The notes under the pieces: generated by a model
The model's input: the letters and a program-made list of their open reading frames with translations, nothing else
Told to the model about the DNA's origin: nothing
Databases searched by the model: none
Position numbers and translations under genes: made by a program
Origin: Octopus sinensis
Taxonomy: Eukaryota
Length of the DNA: 64,000 bases
Direction: 5' to 3'
Assembly (NCBI RefSeq): GCF_006345805.1
Contig: NC_043000.1
Span: forward strand, 98,580,001-98,644,000
Shown: positions 1-12,384 of the stretch, piece by piece
Layout of the letters: each line of letters starts with the position of its first letter
Numbering within the stretch: position 1 is the first letter of the stretch

Positions 1-130
1 GTTTTACAGGAAAAAGAAAATGAGGTTTGCAGGTAAAAAGAAACCTTATATATAAAGCTAAGCACTTTATGCATGCGAAACCATTGATCAACTTAGAGGT
101 GCTTCTTTTCGGATATATGATTCACAGACG

Positions 131-187
<57 letters not shown>

Positions 188-675
188 AAGTTAAATGCGA
201 TACAATAAAATTAATTATAATCGCCGGTGTACCAGTACACGCCATATATATACATATATAAATTACATTCAAGGCGAAGTGTGCACTAGATACACAAAAG
301 CTGGATAAATTTAGTGAGATGAAAATTAAAACTTTTACAAACTTAGCTTTTCTTATACTGCAGTTTCGCCAAATTCAGTAATAAAAATAATATTTATTAA
401 TAAAAATAATATTTAGTAATAAATATATATATATATATATATATATTCATAATTAATCAATATAGGGTGGCAGAAAAATTTTGTAGAATTTTTTTGCCAC
501 CAGCGGCCTAGTGGGAAAAAATTAAATAGTCATAGACCATTTTTAAGTTCAACATCACAATCAAGGAACGGCCATAATAGGCCATTCACCCACTAGAAAT
601 AACAGCCAAAAGTTTAACCGCAAAATAACATCAATTCCGTAAACCAGGAGAAAATTAAAAAACATTTACCCTGTA

Positions 676-782
676 ATTTCTTATACGATGCACCGTTTCA
701 TCTACTGTTTAATGGTAAACTAACCTGATTAAATTAAATCAAGCCGATCTACCATAGGCCTTAGATTCATCAGTAAGAAATA
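676..782 (-). ncRNA. Type I hammerhead ribozyme, family 1 copy 1
   Basis: Reverse complement reads atttctta-CTGATGA-atcta...tagat-GAAA-cggtgcatcg-TA-taagaaat. Confidence 0.85.
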
Positions 783-1160
783 GCCAAGTCGGAACAGATA
801 TTTTTCACGAGGCATTCCCGTCCCTGCCTCGGCAATATCTGACCTAAAATTTTCAAATCATCGCACTCGCGCCAAATTTATCGGCAGCAAATAAATATAA
901 GCCGCCGATTCCATTACGGAACTAACAGAAAATTCATAATTAATCAATATAGGGTGGCAGAAAAATTTTGTAGAATTTTTTTGCCACCAGCGGCCTAGTG
1001 GAAAAAATTAAATAGTCATAGACCATTTTTAAGTTCAATCACAATCAAGGAACGGCCATAATAGGCCATTCACCCACTAGAAATAACAGCCAAAAGCTTT
1101 AACCGCCAAAATAACATCAATTCCGTAACCAGGAGAAAATTAAAAAACATTTACCCTGTA

Positions 1161-1265
1161 ATTTCTTATACGATGCACCGTTTCATCTACTGTTTAATGG
1201 TAAATAACCTGATTAAATTAAATCAAGCCAATCTACCATGGCCCTTAGATTCATCAGTAAGAATA
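1161..1265 (-). ncRNA. Type I hammerhead ribozyme, family 1 copy 2
   Basis: Same motif in the second tandem unit. Confidence 0.82.
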
Positions 1266-1686
1266 GCCAAGTCGGAACAGATATTTTTCACGAGGCATTC
1301 CCGTCCCTGCCTCGGCAATATCTGACCTAAAATTTTCAAATCATCGCACTCGCGCCAAATTTATCGGCAGCAAATAAATATAAGCCGCCGATTCCATTAC
1401 GGAACTAACCAGAAAATTCATAATTAATCAATATAGGGTGGCAGAAAAATTTTGTAGAATTTTTGCCACCAGCGGCTAGTGGGAAAAAATTAAATAGTCA
1501 TAGACCATTTTTAAGTTCAACATCACCAATCAAGAACGGCCATAATAGGCCATTCACCACTAGAAATATTTATATTTATTGCTGCCGATAAATTTGGCGC
1601 GAGTGCGATGATTTGAAAATTTTAGGTCAGATATTGCCGAGGCAGGGACGGGAATGCCTCGTGAAAATATACTGTTCCGACTTGGC

Positions 1687-1793
1687 TATTTCTTACTGAT
1701 GAATCTAAGGGCCTATGGTAGATTGGCTTGATTAATTTAATCAGGTTAGTTTACCATTAACAGTAGATGAAACGGTGCATCGTATAAGAAATA
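1687..1793 (+). ncRNA. Type I hammerhead ribozyme, family 1 copy 3
   Basis: Stem I tatttctta(1687-95)/taagaaata(1785-93); CTGATGA 1696-1702; stem II atcta/tagat; GAAA 1769-72; stem III cggt-gc-atcg; GUA cleavage after 1784. Confidence 0.88.
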
Positions 1794-2170
1794 CAGGGTA
1801 AATGTTTTTTAATTTTCTCCTGGTTACGGAATTGATGTTATTTTGCGTGTTAAAGCTTTTGGCTGTTATTTCTAGTGGGTGAATGGCCTATTATGGCCGT
1901 TCCTTGATTGTGATGTTGAACTTAAAAATGGTCTATGACTATTTAATTTTCCCACTAGGCCGCTGGTGGCAAAAAATTCTACAAAATTTTTCTGCCACCC
2001 TATATTGATTAATTATGCATTTTCTGGTTAGTTCCGTAATGGAATCGGCGGCTTATATTTATTTGCTGCCGATAATTTCGCGCGATGTGCGATGATTTGA
2101 AAATTTTAGGTCAGATATTGCCGAGGCAGGGACGGGAATGCCTCGTGAAAAATATCTGTTCCGACTTGGC

Positions 2171-2276
2171 TATTTCGTACTGATGAATCTAAGGGCCTAT
2201 GGTAGATTGGCTTGATTTAATTTATCAGGTTAGTTACCATTAAACAGTAGATGAAACGGTGCATCGTATAAGAAAT
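2171..2276 (+). ncRNA. Type I hammerhead ribozyme, family 1 copy 4
   Basis: CTGATGA 2180-86, GAAA 2253-56, cggtgcatcg-TA-taagaaat. One stem I mismatch. Confidence 0.8.
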
Positions 2277-2394
2277 TACAGGGTAAATGTTTTTTAATTT
2301 TCCTGGTTTACGGAATTGATGTATTTGCGGTTAAAGCTTTTGGGTGTTATTTCTAGTGGGTGAATGGCCTATTACGGCCGTTCCTTGATTGTGA

Positions 2395-2777
2395 TATATT
2401 ATATATATATATATATATATATTCTATATATATATATATATATACATACATACATATTATAATATGTATGTATATATGTATGTATGTATATGTATGTATG
2501 TATGTGATTATGTATGTTATATGTATGTATGTATATATATATGTATAATATATATATACATACATAATATATATTATATAATATAAAATATATACATACA
2601 TACATATATATTTATATACATACATATATATATATATATATACATATATATATACACACATCTATATATATATTACATACATACATATATATACATACAG
2701 CTATATCTACATACATACATATATATACATGTATGTATGTATATATAGTATGTATGTATATATATATATGTGTGTAG

Positions 2778-2811
<34 letters not shown>

Positions 2812-2912
2812 ATAAATATATATATGTATGTATGTATTATATTTTTATATATATGTATGTATAATATATATATATATATTATATATATGTATATATGTTG
2901 TATATGTATATG
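2395..2912. repeat. Compound (TA)n/(TATG)n/(TACA)n microsatellite
   Basis: Seen directly. It is the source of the YI/CM-rich pseudo-ORFs. Confidence 0.95.
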
Positions 2913-2917
2913 CCTGT

Positions 2918-3042
2918 GTTCCACCGAGGTCGACTTTGCCTTTCAACCTTTCCAGGTCGATAAAGTAAGTACCAGTTGCATACTGGGGTTGATCTATTCA
3001 ACTGGCCTCCCCCCCAAAAAATTTCGGGTTTTGTGCCTAGAT
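2918..3042 (+). mobile_element. SINE family A fragment
   Basis: ccgaggtcgactttgcctttca...gtcgataaa..aagtaccag matches the core of the full copy at 63572-63803. Confidence 0.75.
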
Positions 3043-3686
3043 GTGTATGTATGTATGTATGTATGTACGTACGTATGTATATACGTATGTATGTATGTAC
3101 GTATGTATGTATATACGTATGTATGTATGTACGTATGTATGTATGCATGTGTATATGCGTATTTGTGCGCGTGTGTTTGTATGCATGTATTTATGTATGT
3201 AGGTGCGTGTACGCGTGTTTGTGCATGTGTGTGTATGTGTCTGTATGTGTATGTATGGACATAAACTGGCCGGCACTCTGTGGTTAAGATGTTCAGTGAT
3301 TATCCACATGCAATGTTGGGGCCCCATGGGCACGTGACTTCTCTTACAGTTCCGGGTTGACCAAAGATCTGTGAGTTAAATTTGATAGACAGAATCTGCA
3401 TGGAAACACGTTGGTCAAACCATCCCTCTAATTAATGGGACATCCACCTGGACTTCGGATCCGTTTAGAATTTAAATGATATCGTTCTTAAGGATTTAAA
3501 TGATATCGTTCTTAAGGATACTTTCCGTTGTTTTTGTGTGTTTGTGTGTGTGTGTGACTAGTCTTAGAAGCATTGAAAGGCATAATGATCACCACAGTAC
3601 CTTCATCATTGACACACACATACGCGCCCGCAAACACACGCAAAAACGCACACGCACACACACACGTACGTACACACACACACGTA

Positions 3687-3725
<39 letters not shown>

Positions 3726-4000
3726 TGCGTACGTGCAGAATATTGTTGGTTTCTCGACGCGAAAGCACTATTCAAGGGAGACGACTCACTTAGCACAAAA
3801 TATTTCGGAACCTAAAAAGCAACAAAAAAATCATATAATTAGATAATTCAATAAATGATAAAAAAAGAGGGAAAAGAAAGGAAAAAAATCCTACAAACAA
3901 CACTGTGCCCTTTCACCAAAGACTAACTTGCTTCATTGTAATATATTTTATCATCTATTTCTTCTCAGTTAATTTTTAAGCTTTAGTACTTAATACTCTC

Positions 4001-4733
4001 TCTTTTACTTGTTTCAGTCATTTGACTGCGGCCATGCTGTAGCACCGCCTTTAGTCGAGCAACTCGACCCGGGACTTATTCTTTGTAAGTCCAGTACTTA
4101 TTCTATCGGTCCCTTTTGCCGAACCGCTAAGTGACGGGGACGTAAACACACCAGCATCGGTTGTCAAGCAATGCTAGGAGGACAAACACAGACGCACAAA
4201 TATACACGCATATATATATATATACACGCATATATATATATATATATATGTATAAAAATTATATATAAAAAATACAAAATGGGACAAGAACGCAAAAAAC
4301 ACAAAGAGACGACACAAAAAACGGACGGGTCATTCGAAGCCTCTAATCTTCAGTTAGGAACCGGATCATCATAGCAAATTTCGGCTGATTAATCCTGATA
4401 TCGGTCAAACCCGGCCAGCCCCAAGGGAAAACTAAGCTGCGAGCATTAGATTTCTTGGAAAAAGGATCGAATGTATACGAAACAGGGACAAAAAAATGGA
4501 CGATGCCACACGAATATAGATACAAAAATAAAATTAAAAACAAGAATGGTAATAACGATACATATATACGATGGGCTTCTTTCAGTTTTCCGTCAACCAA
4601 ATCCACTCACAAGGCTTTGGTCGGCCCTAGGCTATAGTAGAAGACACTTGCCCAAGGTGCCACGCAGTGGGACTGAACCCAGAACCATGTGGTTGGTGAG
4701 CAAGCTACTTACCACATAGCCACTCTTGCGCCT
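4001..4733 (-). mobile_element. SINE family B (tRNA-like head 4568-4733, internal microsatellite, tail 4001-4200) with an insertion at ~4265-4560
   Basis: Head and tail match the intact copy at 46978-47418 in reverse complement. Confidence 0.85.
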
Positions 4734-4775
4734 ATACTAGATGATTTTATTAATAAAAGAAATATACGTGCAGCT

Positions 4776-4809
<34 letters not shown>

Positions 4810-5213
4810 GTGTATGTATATATATATTCTTTTCTTTTTTTCTTTTATTCTTTTACTTGCTTTTGCAGGCATTTGATTGTGACCATTCTGGAGCACTATC
4901 TTGAAACGTTTTTAACCGAACAAATCGACCACAAGACTTATTTCTTTTAAGTCTAGTACTCATTCTGTCGATCACTTATGCCGAACCGCCGATATTATGG
5001 GGCCATAAACAGACACTAACACCGATTGTTGGGGTGACAAGAACAGACAAAAGAACACACACAGATATAGATGCAAACATACATATACACACACATATAT
5101 ATAGAGAGAATTTACCCCCCAAAAAATACAAATGACGAAGACAGGTGTGTAAACAACATACAGATATGTTAGTTTAACGCTCGGGTAGTATATATATATA
5201 TATATATATATAT

Positions 5214-5265
<52 letters not shown>

Positions 5266-5289
5266 TGTATGTATGTATATATATATAAT

Positions 5290-5510
5290 CAGTAATCCCT
5301 CGCCATATCGCTGTTCATCTATCGCGGTTTATTATTTAAGCGTATGTCGATTCCTCCGTGGTGTTGTTTTGCATTTATAATAAAATAAATATGTACAAAT
5401 TATAAAAATAATAAAAACAATATTCAGTACAGCACTGTTTCTACTTCGCGGATTTTCACATATTGCCAGGCTTTCGGAACGTAACACCCGCGATAGTCGA
5501 GGGGTTAGTG
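5290..5510. mobile_element. MITE, Tc1/mariner (pogo/Tigger-like)
   Basis: Imperfect TIRs cagtaatccctcgccatatcgc / gcgatagtcgaggggttagtg inside TA-rich flanks. Confidence 0.65.
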
Positions 5511-5519
5511 TATATATAT

Positions 5520-5556
<37 letters not shown>

Positions 5557-5557
5557 T

Positions 5558-5839
5558 AAGTGAAATAGAAAGATGAATAATCTTGTAGTAGATTAATCAA
5601 AAGTTTAACCGATACCTTAGTAGCAAAAATCACAGCAGTAAACAGCACGGTTGGAGGTACAACTATCTGGCGTTGCAACCGTGCGTTGGTGCGGATAATT
5701 GAAATTAAAACATTATTGGTGAATTGAAGAAATGGAGCTGAACGCAGATTGAACAGAAATCGTTTTATTTCAGAATGAAATAAAACGATTTCTGTTCAAT
5801 CTGCGTTCAGCTCCATTTCTTCAATTCACCAATAATGTT
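5558..5839. repeat. (TA)n-embedded element ending in a ~64-bp perfect hairpin (5709-5839); same family as 27037-27200
   Basis: aacattattggtgaattgaag...ttatttca-gaa-tgaaataa...caccaataatgtt. Its first ~80 bp match 27037-27115. Confidence 0.85.
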
Positions 5840-5917
5840 ATATATATATATATATTATATATATATATTATATATATATATGTGCAGAGAGAGAGAGAGA
5901 GAGAGGGGAGGGGGCAG

Positions 5918-6400
5918 AGTGCGCACTCAGCTCTCGCCACGGTTCAAGGCAGCTTTGGAACCTGATGCAAGCGTCCCTCACTGTGTTCCTAGGAAGATCT
6001 TTGAATACCCCGCTGATCTTAGTCACCAGCGTGGCCTTGCGGTTGTAGGCAGAGCTATTAGTGTCTTTCTCAACCACGCACCCCTTTTTTAAAAATCAAT
6101 TTATGGAATTAAAATTAAGGGAATTAAGAGGCCAGAAATTGGTGCTGGTGTAGCCATAGAAATTCTCCGATAACCAGTACTATCTCTTTCCGGAGCTATG
6201 GATAAGAGCTGAATCCTTTAGCAACACTCTCTAGCCAGACTTTGACCACGGACTCCAACAGTTTCCTACAGCCATTTCAATATAGCCGAAGGTCCTGTCG
6301 AAAGATGTAGAGTGACTTGATGTCACCCTCACATTGAGATATACACAAAAACCATTGCATTTTGGGGGAATTTGATTTTCATGATACGTGGGACATCGCA
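5918..6400 (-). pseudogene. Tc1/mariner-superfamily transposase C-terminal remnant
   Basis: Minus strand FWPLNSLNFN...VVEKDTN...ISGVFKDLPRNTVRDACIRFQSCLE resembles the WPPNSPDLNP...WGVVE C-terminus of these transposases. Confidence 0.65.
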
Positions 6401-6588
6401 TAGATTATAGGAAAATCATCTGTTGTTCTGGGCGTTATGCAACTAGTCCTGGTAGAAGTTCTTTTTCTTTTAGAAGAACCAGATCATCTGCGGTTCAACA
6501 GAATGCCTCATCTTGTTCAGAAGCTTCTTTTCCTATGTCAAGCGGTTCTCCTTGGACTTGACAGTAAGAATTTTCGAAATTTCCCCAA

Positions 6589-6634
6589 GACACCTGATGA
6601 AAGCTAGAGGGTATATCAGCCGAAACGTTGTGTT
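6589..6634 (+). ncRNA. Minimal type I hammerhead ribozyme, family 2
   Basis: gacac-CTGATGA-aagctag...cagcc-GAAA-cg-TT-gtgtt, with palindromic ACGT as stem III. Confidence 0.65.
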
Positions 6635-7249
6635 AACAACAAACAAGATGAGGACAAATATCCGTCAAATGTAAATAATGTCCACTAATCAGGAATTTGC
6701 CTCAAAAATCATATGGCTGGAAACTAGAGCATTAACAGTGACGATGAAGTTTCCAGAGACAAAACATTGTAAAAGGTAAGCATAATCTTTTTAGGTTTAG
6801 CTATAGAAGAAAATGTAATTATAAAACCCATTTTTTGTGAAGTTAAGAACACAATGACGACCTATTTATTTGCTATAGTGTTGGTCAAGTGAAATTATAT
6901 TTGGAAAAACTTTATCCAAACTTGGTTATTTTATGGCTAAACAATAATTAACAATGAACAAGTGACATTTGTTGAACGTATTATTAATTGCAAGTGAATG
7001 ATCTTATGCTAATGGTACTTAACAAAATCAGAGGAAAATATTTACAACATTGTAAACAAATCTCATTCTAGTAAAGAATAGTAAAAAATATAAAGAAAAT
7101 GCCATAGAACATTTGTTATATAGGGGAAAAGATCGTTGATCTTTGGAGAATTATCAGTTATATGGTATTGTTTATGACATGCTAGCGGTCGAATATTTAT
7201 TACACTGTCATCTAACAAAGAGCAAAGAATAAAGCAGAAATCAATGTTT

Positions 7250-8310
7250 GGGGACAGTAAAGTAAAGAACACCTGGGTACTATCAATCCTCTCCAAGCAG
7301 TATCTAAAAACTATTATAGAAAAGCATCGGGATCAGAAGAGTTAGTTGAAAGGAAAATCATTTAGAAATTTAATCGAAACTAATCAGCAGTGTATGAAAA
7401 GAGAATCAATATGTCACTGATTCTCTTTCTCAGGAAAATACAAAGTCTGGAATCAGGCAAAGGAGCTTACTTTGGGTGTAGTGCGGCTATAAGAAATCCG
7501 AAGAGCTTACAGCATTAATGTCGTGGCCATTCAGATTGTGATTCCAAACTTTCATGATAGGAAAACTGTCAGATGCTGGAATAAAAAAAAAAAACTTCTT
7601 TGGAAGGCATATTAGGAATTTTTACCGGCAGACTCACAATGAAGGCATGTTATCAAGCTGGTAGCGCTGGCTGAAACAAAACCGATACCTGAATCAATAT
7701 CTCTCATATAGCAAAATGACTACAAGTGGTCGATTGCATGCCAGAATCTCATGTATAAAGTGTATATAAGTTGTCTGAACCTATTCTTCCAACATCACTG
7801 GGAGAAAATAGAAAAGAGTATGCTGAACAACATGGCCAGCTACACTTTGATGCGTAGCAGCATAGGAAGAATTTGGCCAGAGTCTGGTTTGTTTCCAGGA
7901 AAGTGTTCAATTCTGTTCTCCGCACGTGGTTGCTAGAGTCCCTTCGACATGATAATGTTCCAGACACTAGTACCAAGGACAGAGACAACCTGGTTTCCTC
8001 TTTGGTCACCATTCTGAAGCTATTTAGAAATTGTTCTATTCGAATTGGTTGGAAACACTATCTCAGAAAGATATATTCCAAGGGAACATTGTTTCTATGA
8101 TCTTGTGTATATTTTCAATAAAACTCATGTTTTTTCAGTTAAAGAAAATTTGAAGAGTATGTGATTGGCTCATAAGAAGACATAAGCATAAACCGAACTC
8201 ATTGCTTCCTTCTGAACGATCTAAAAATATATACCAAAAATATAAACAATATAAAGAAAATACTTCGTTTAGTTGCGATATTCTCGAAAGATATAGGGAT
8301 TGACTTTGGG
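7250..8310 (+). pseudogene. Degraded R4/Dong-like non-LTR retrotransposon RT remnant
   Basis: IFQG-like and THCFLLNDLKIYTKN segments are homologous to THCFFVDDLKLYAKN at ~31440. Confidence 0.55.
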
Positions 8311-8559
8311 CAATTTAAATGTTCTTTTTAATGTGTTTATTAGTAAATAAAGCATATACACATATATTTAATAAGTTTTAAAGAATAAAGTTAATTATAT
8401 TTCAATGAGAAAATAAAATACAAGCCTGTCTATTAAAATTACAGTAAGTGGTTTGATATGGGAGGCGGGATGTCAATAGTGGTTAGGAATAGATGCAGCC
8501 AAAGACTCTAACGTCGGGGTAAAGAAAATACGATTGTATTTGTACCTCTTTTAGGTACA

Positions 8560-8750
8560 TGGTTAGCAATTTTAAGATGGGAGGGTAAGTAAATACCATC
8601 GGACCTAATACTAGACTGACAGTTTAATTTTTCGACCCCGGAAGGATGAAAGACAATGTTGGTTTCGGTAGGATTTAAACTCAAAATGCAAAAGAGCCAG
8701 AATAGATGTCACCGAGCAGTTTTCTCAACGTTTTAATGATTCTGCCAAGA
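8560..8750 (-). mobile_element. Degenerate SINE family A (further decayed copies near 11430-11600, 12900-13260, 14570-14740, 41495-41660, 44620-44790, 56000-56190)
   Basis: tcgaccccggaaggatgaaagacaa...ggatttaaactc matches the family A core. Confidence 0.6.
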
Positions 8751-9032
8751 AAATAGTAATTAGTTTCATACAGCTTATTCAGAAGAGATACGGCGGCATT
8801 CATAAAATAACCCCGAATGATGCTTTAAATAATGTAAGCTATTACTATAAGGATAATCATTTTATCGTAAATCCTTTGAAAACACAGGTTTCTATATTCG
8901 AGAAAGAGAAGAAGAAAAAGGCAAATAGAAAGTTAAATATTGAAAATGGAATATTGCCAGAATTCCAAATATGTTGGTGTATTACTGAACCGTAATGTAA
9001 CCTTCAGGAATAGTTAATTGTTTTCAGGGCCA

Positions 9033-9033
<1 letters not shown>

Positions 9034-9072
<39 letters not shown>

Positions 9073-9109
9073 TGTATGTATGTGCATGTGGGTGCATGTG
9101 AGTGAGTGT

Positions 9110-9141
<32 letters not shown>

Positions 9142-9224
9142 ATGGAAAGGAAATCGCTAAAAGATTGCGAAATAAAAATGTGCGCATGTGAAGGAGATAA
9201 ATGGACTCTGTGTGTGTGTGTGTA

Positions 9225-9295
<71 letters not shown>

Positions 9296-9480
9296 GGAAC
9301 AGATAGATAGATAGGTAGATTTAGATAGATAGACAGATAGATGGACGGACGGACAGAGACAAATAGGCAGATAGACAGACAGACAGATAGATAAATAGAT
9401 AGATTAGACAGATAGAGAGATAGAGAGATAAACAGGCGGACAGTCAGATAGATAGATAGACAGATAGAGGGAGAGAGAGA
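9034..9480. repeat. (GT)n/(GA)n/(GATA)n compound microsatellite
   Basis: Seen directly. Confidence 0.9.
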
Positions 9481-12111
9481 GAATGAAAGGAAGAAGAAAG
9501 TAAAAAGGAAGAGAAAAGATAGATACGAATGAAAAAGAGTAAAAGTAAAAATGGGCATTTCTCCAGTCAAGCTATTAGCAAATGTTAACCTTAAGTTCTT
9601 ATTAATTCTGCTAAAAGAGTCGGTTTACTTGTAAAATAGTAAATAGGTAACTGGAATCTACTTATAAATATATTTCAGTTATGTTTCATTTGGAACTGGT
9701 TCCTTATATTTAACACATATGCCACCCTGAAAGACCGTATTTGAGAAAGATCCAAAACATATTTCTCCATTCCAAACGTTTGCATCATTCCAGAAACGTA
9801 GTCTTTTAGGGCAAAATATAATGAACAGCTTGCTACAGAAATATTAAATTAATTTTTCTTGGGAAGTATTTTATAGAAACAGTATGTTCTTTTTCTCTGA
9901 TAAGAATGTGATAGAATGGACAAGGGCATTGGCTGCCCATTTCAGAATTTCGTTTCGCAGCTACGAGATTTCATTTTCAGTCCAACTGCGCGTTATTTTC
10001 TCTTAGGCAGTTTTTGAACTTGAATCCACTGCGCACCATCTTCTTATTGCAACATCAGATTTAACCCAGTTGCGTGCCATGTTTGTAAGTATACCATTTC
10101 AGGTTCTATTGCAATGCATCGCACCTTTGGCAAGAGTGTTTTCTGCCGTAGTATTCAGATCAGTCGGAGAGACAGTTCTTATTTTGTTTGGTATATTTGA
10201 TCCATCTGTTACCAGGTTTAACACCATCACTTGGTCCAGAGAGGCATTTTGCAGATAATGCTCTTTTACAAGCATTCAGAGAGATTTGGCTTTTATTTTT
10301 AAATCTAAGTTATTTTGAGAAAGCAATTCACTTTCTTCATAAAACCACGTAAATACTCTAATTTATTACAAATCTTGAAAATTTATTGTTTATTTTAGCT
10401 CTTTACAATAAACGGACTCAAACTTTTCCTTTAAAGATCAACACTTTCATTAAATGCCCATTCATCAAACTATAATATGTTTTATCTAATTAAATTAAAC
10501 CACTCTAATATGAGGCGATTCGTTGACAGGGGAATGACAATAGATAACAACATTAGTTGCTCAGGGATTTTTGGAGCTTTGTACAGTTTCCATCGATCAA
10601 AGCTACTCATTAGGTAACTACCTTGCATAACCACACAGATAAACAAGAAAATACTTCACTATTCTCTACAAAGAGTAATATAGTAAAACAATAAAACAGG
10701 CGCTGGAGTTAAACTACTAAGTGGTCCATGGAGGCTTTTAGCCGATTGTGTATTATTGCAAGTCTTCAGATCGGGTTTCTGGACGTTTTTCAAAAATCTT
10801 CGCTCTTTTGAGAAAGCAATTGATCTCGAGACATCATGTAAAGCCTTAAAATGTGCTTTAGTATTCTGAGTTAAATTCTTACAGACATCGACTTTGTTTA
10901 AATTCTTGCTGGATCGATCAAATAAAATACCAATCAATCGTGCCTAGTTCGTGGCTTTAGTAAGAAATTATTATTATTATTATTATTATTATTACTACTA
11001 CTACTACTACTACTTAAATAAATTGGTAGAGATTGCATAACGCTAAACTGTATTTAGTTGCCTACGTTTATGCTGAGTTCAAAATCTGCCTGCATACATT
11101 TTGTATTTTCTTCTTTTGAGGTCAACAGAACAAAGTATCAGGCAAGATGTAGCAGCGATCTAATTCACAATATCACTCATCACAATCGATAACGTGAACT
11201 TGTACCTATCCTAGTAAGCATTAATTTTGATTATTATACGCGTGTTGGATGGGAGAGTAAATTGAGCGCCAGACAAAATTCCTCATATAATTTAGTCACG
11301 TCCCTTTGTCTTTCCATTTCGGATCCCACTGAGGACGATTTCATTCCAAAGCAGTCAAGTACTGGGTGGGTTAAATCAATTAACCATGCTTGACCCTATT
11401 TGTTGTCTTTATCACACGACCAAAATTTTAAGGAGAACGGAATAGAATAATTACATCGACTCTAGTACTTGACTCGTGCTTTATTTTATTGACCTAGAGA
11501 GAATGAACGGCAAAATTGACCTAGGCAGGGTTTGAAACCAGTCCGTAAAAAGTCGTAATGGTATTTTGTCCGACTCTTTAACAACTCTGCCAGCTCGCCG
11601 TTCTTCATGATCTTATAATAATTATGCTTGTCATTACGTTACTTTGACCATCGGTAATGCTTTCACGTGATTATGGTAATAGAGGGAGAACGAAAAGAAC
11701 GAAAGAGAAAAGGAGGATAAGGCGAAGAGTGAGGAAGACAGAGATAGAAAGAAAAAGTGGGAGAAAAAAAGACGGAAAGAGAAGCATCCATGACATGTGG
11801 TAGGGGAACGTAATATTTATTACATGGTTAAAAAAGTTAGTTGAAGGTTGTGATATAAAAGAGAGAAATATAATTTTAGCAGAGGGGTGATGTTCTGATG
11901 GTGAGATTAAAGAAAGGCAGAGAAAGAGAGGGAGAAAGAGAGAGAGAGAAAGAGAGAGAGAGAAAGAGAGAGAGAGTGAGAGAGATGATGAAGATAGTGG
12001 TAGTGGTGGTGGTGGTCGTCGTAGTCGTCGTCGCGTTCGTGGAGGTGGCGATGGTGAGTGCATATTGAAAACTAATTTTTTTTTATTGAACTAAGTTTTC
12101 ATATCACTTAA

Positions 12112-12384
12112 CGCATGTGCATCCCAAACTTACCATTTACTTTAGAAAGAAACCAGTTTCCCGTTCGCCTGTCATATGCAATTACTACCAATAAATCACA
12201 AGGGCAGACATTTAATAAAATGGAGCTGTTCTTGCCTGAACCTGTATTCGGCCATGGTCAGCTATATGTTGCGTTCTCAAGGGCTTGCAAATTATCTGAT
12301 GTGAGAGTTAAAGTTATCAACACTGATAAACAAGGGAAAAGAAGAGGGAGAACTTACACGAAGAATATTGCTTGCAAAGTTTGA
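12112..12384 (+). pseudogene. Helitron RepHel PIF1-like helicase C-terminal fragment
   Basis: [27 protein letters not shown]...[17 protein letters not shown] contains SF1 helicase motifs V and VI of Helitrons. Confidence 0.88.

Larger units (their letters stand above)
445..2394. repeat. Tandem plus inverted array of a ~485-bp ORF-less hammerhead-containing unit (retrozyme / Penelope pLTR-like)
   Basis: The unit start attcataattaatcaatatagggtggcag recurs at 445, 932 and 1416 (partial copy to 1568). Reverse-complement copies occupy 1569-2394. (TA)n flanks both sides. Confidence 0.93.

Noticed and set aside
340-390. Hammerhead half-site on the minus strand (CTGA-atttggc-GAAA-ctgcag-TA-taagaa)
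   Set aside because: NGA and stem II are missing. Counted only as a decayed or truncated remnant.
445-2394. Possible CRISPR-like or satellite array
   Set aside because: There is no repeat-spacer structure. Long units with ribozymes fit a retroelement-derived multimer better.
2353-3333. Numerous 60-160 aa ORFs rich in Y/I/C/V/M/H/T (also near 14000, 25500, 29300, 45700, 47000, 53000)
   Set aside because: Translations of (TA)n, (TG)n and (TATG)n microsatellites; not genes.
9650-10480. Higher-complexity stretch that might be a host exon or DNA-transposon remnant
   Set aside because: No sustained ORF or recognisable motif in any frame.
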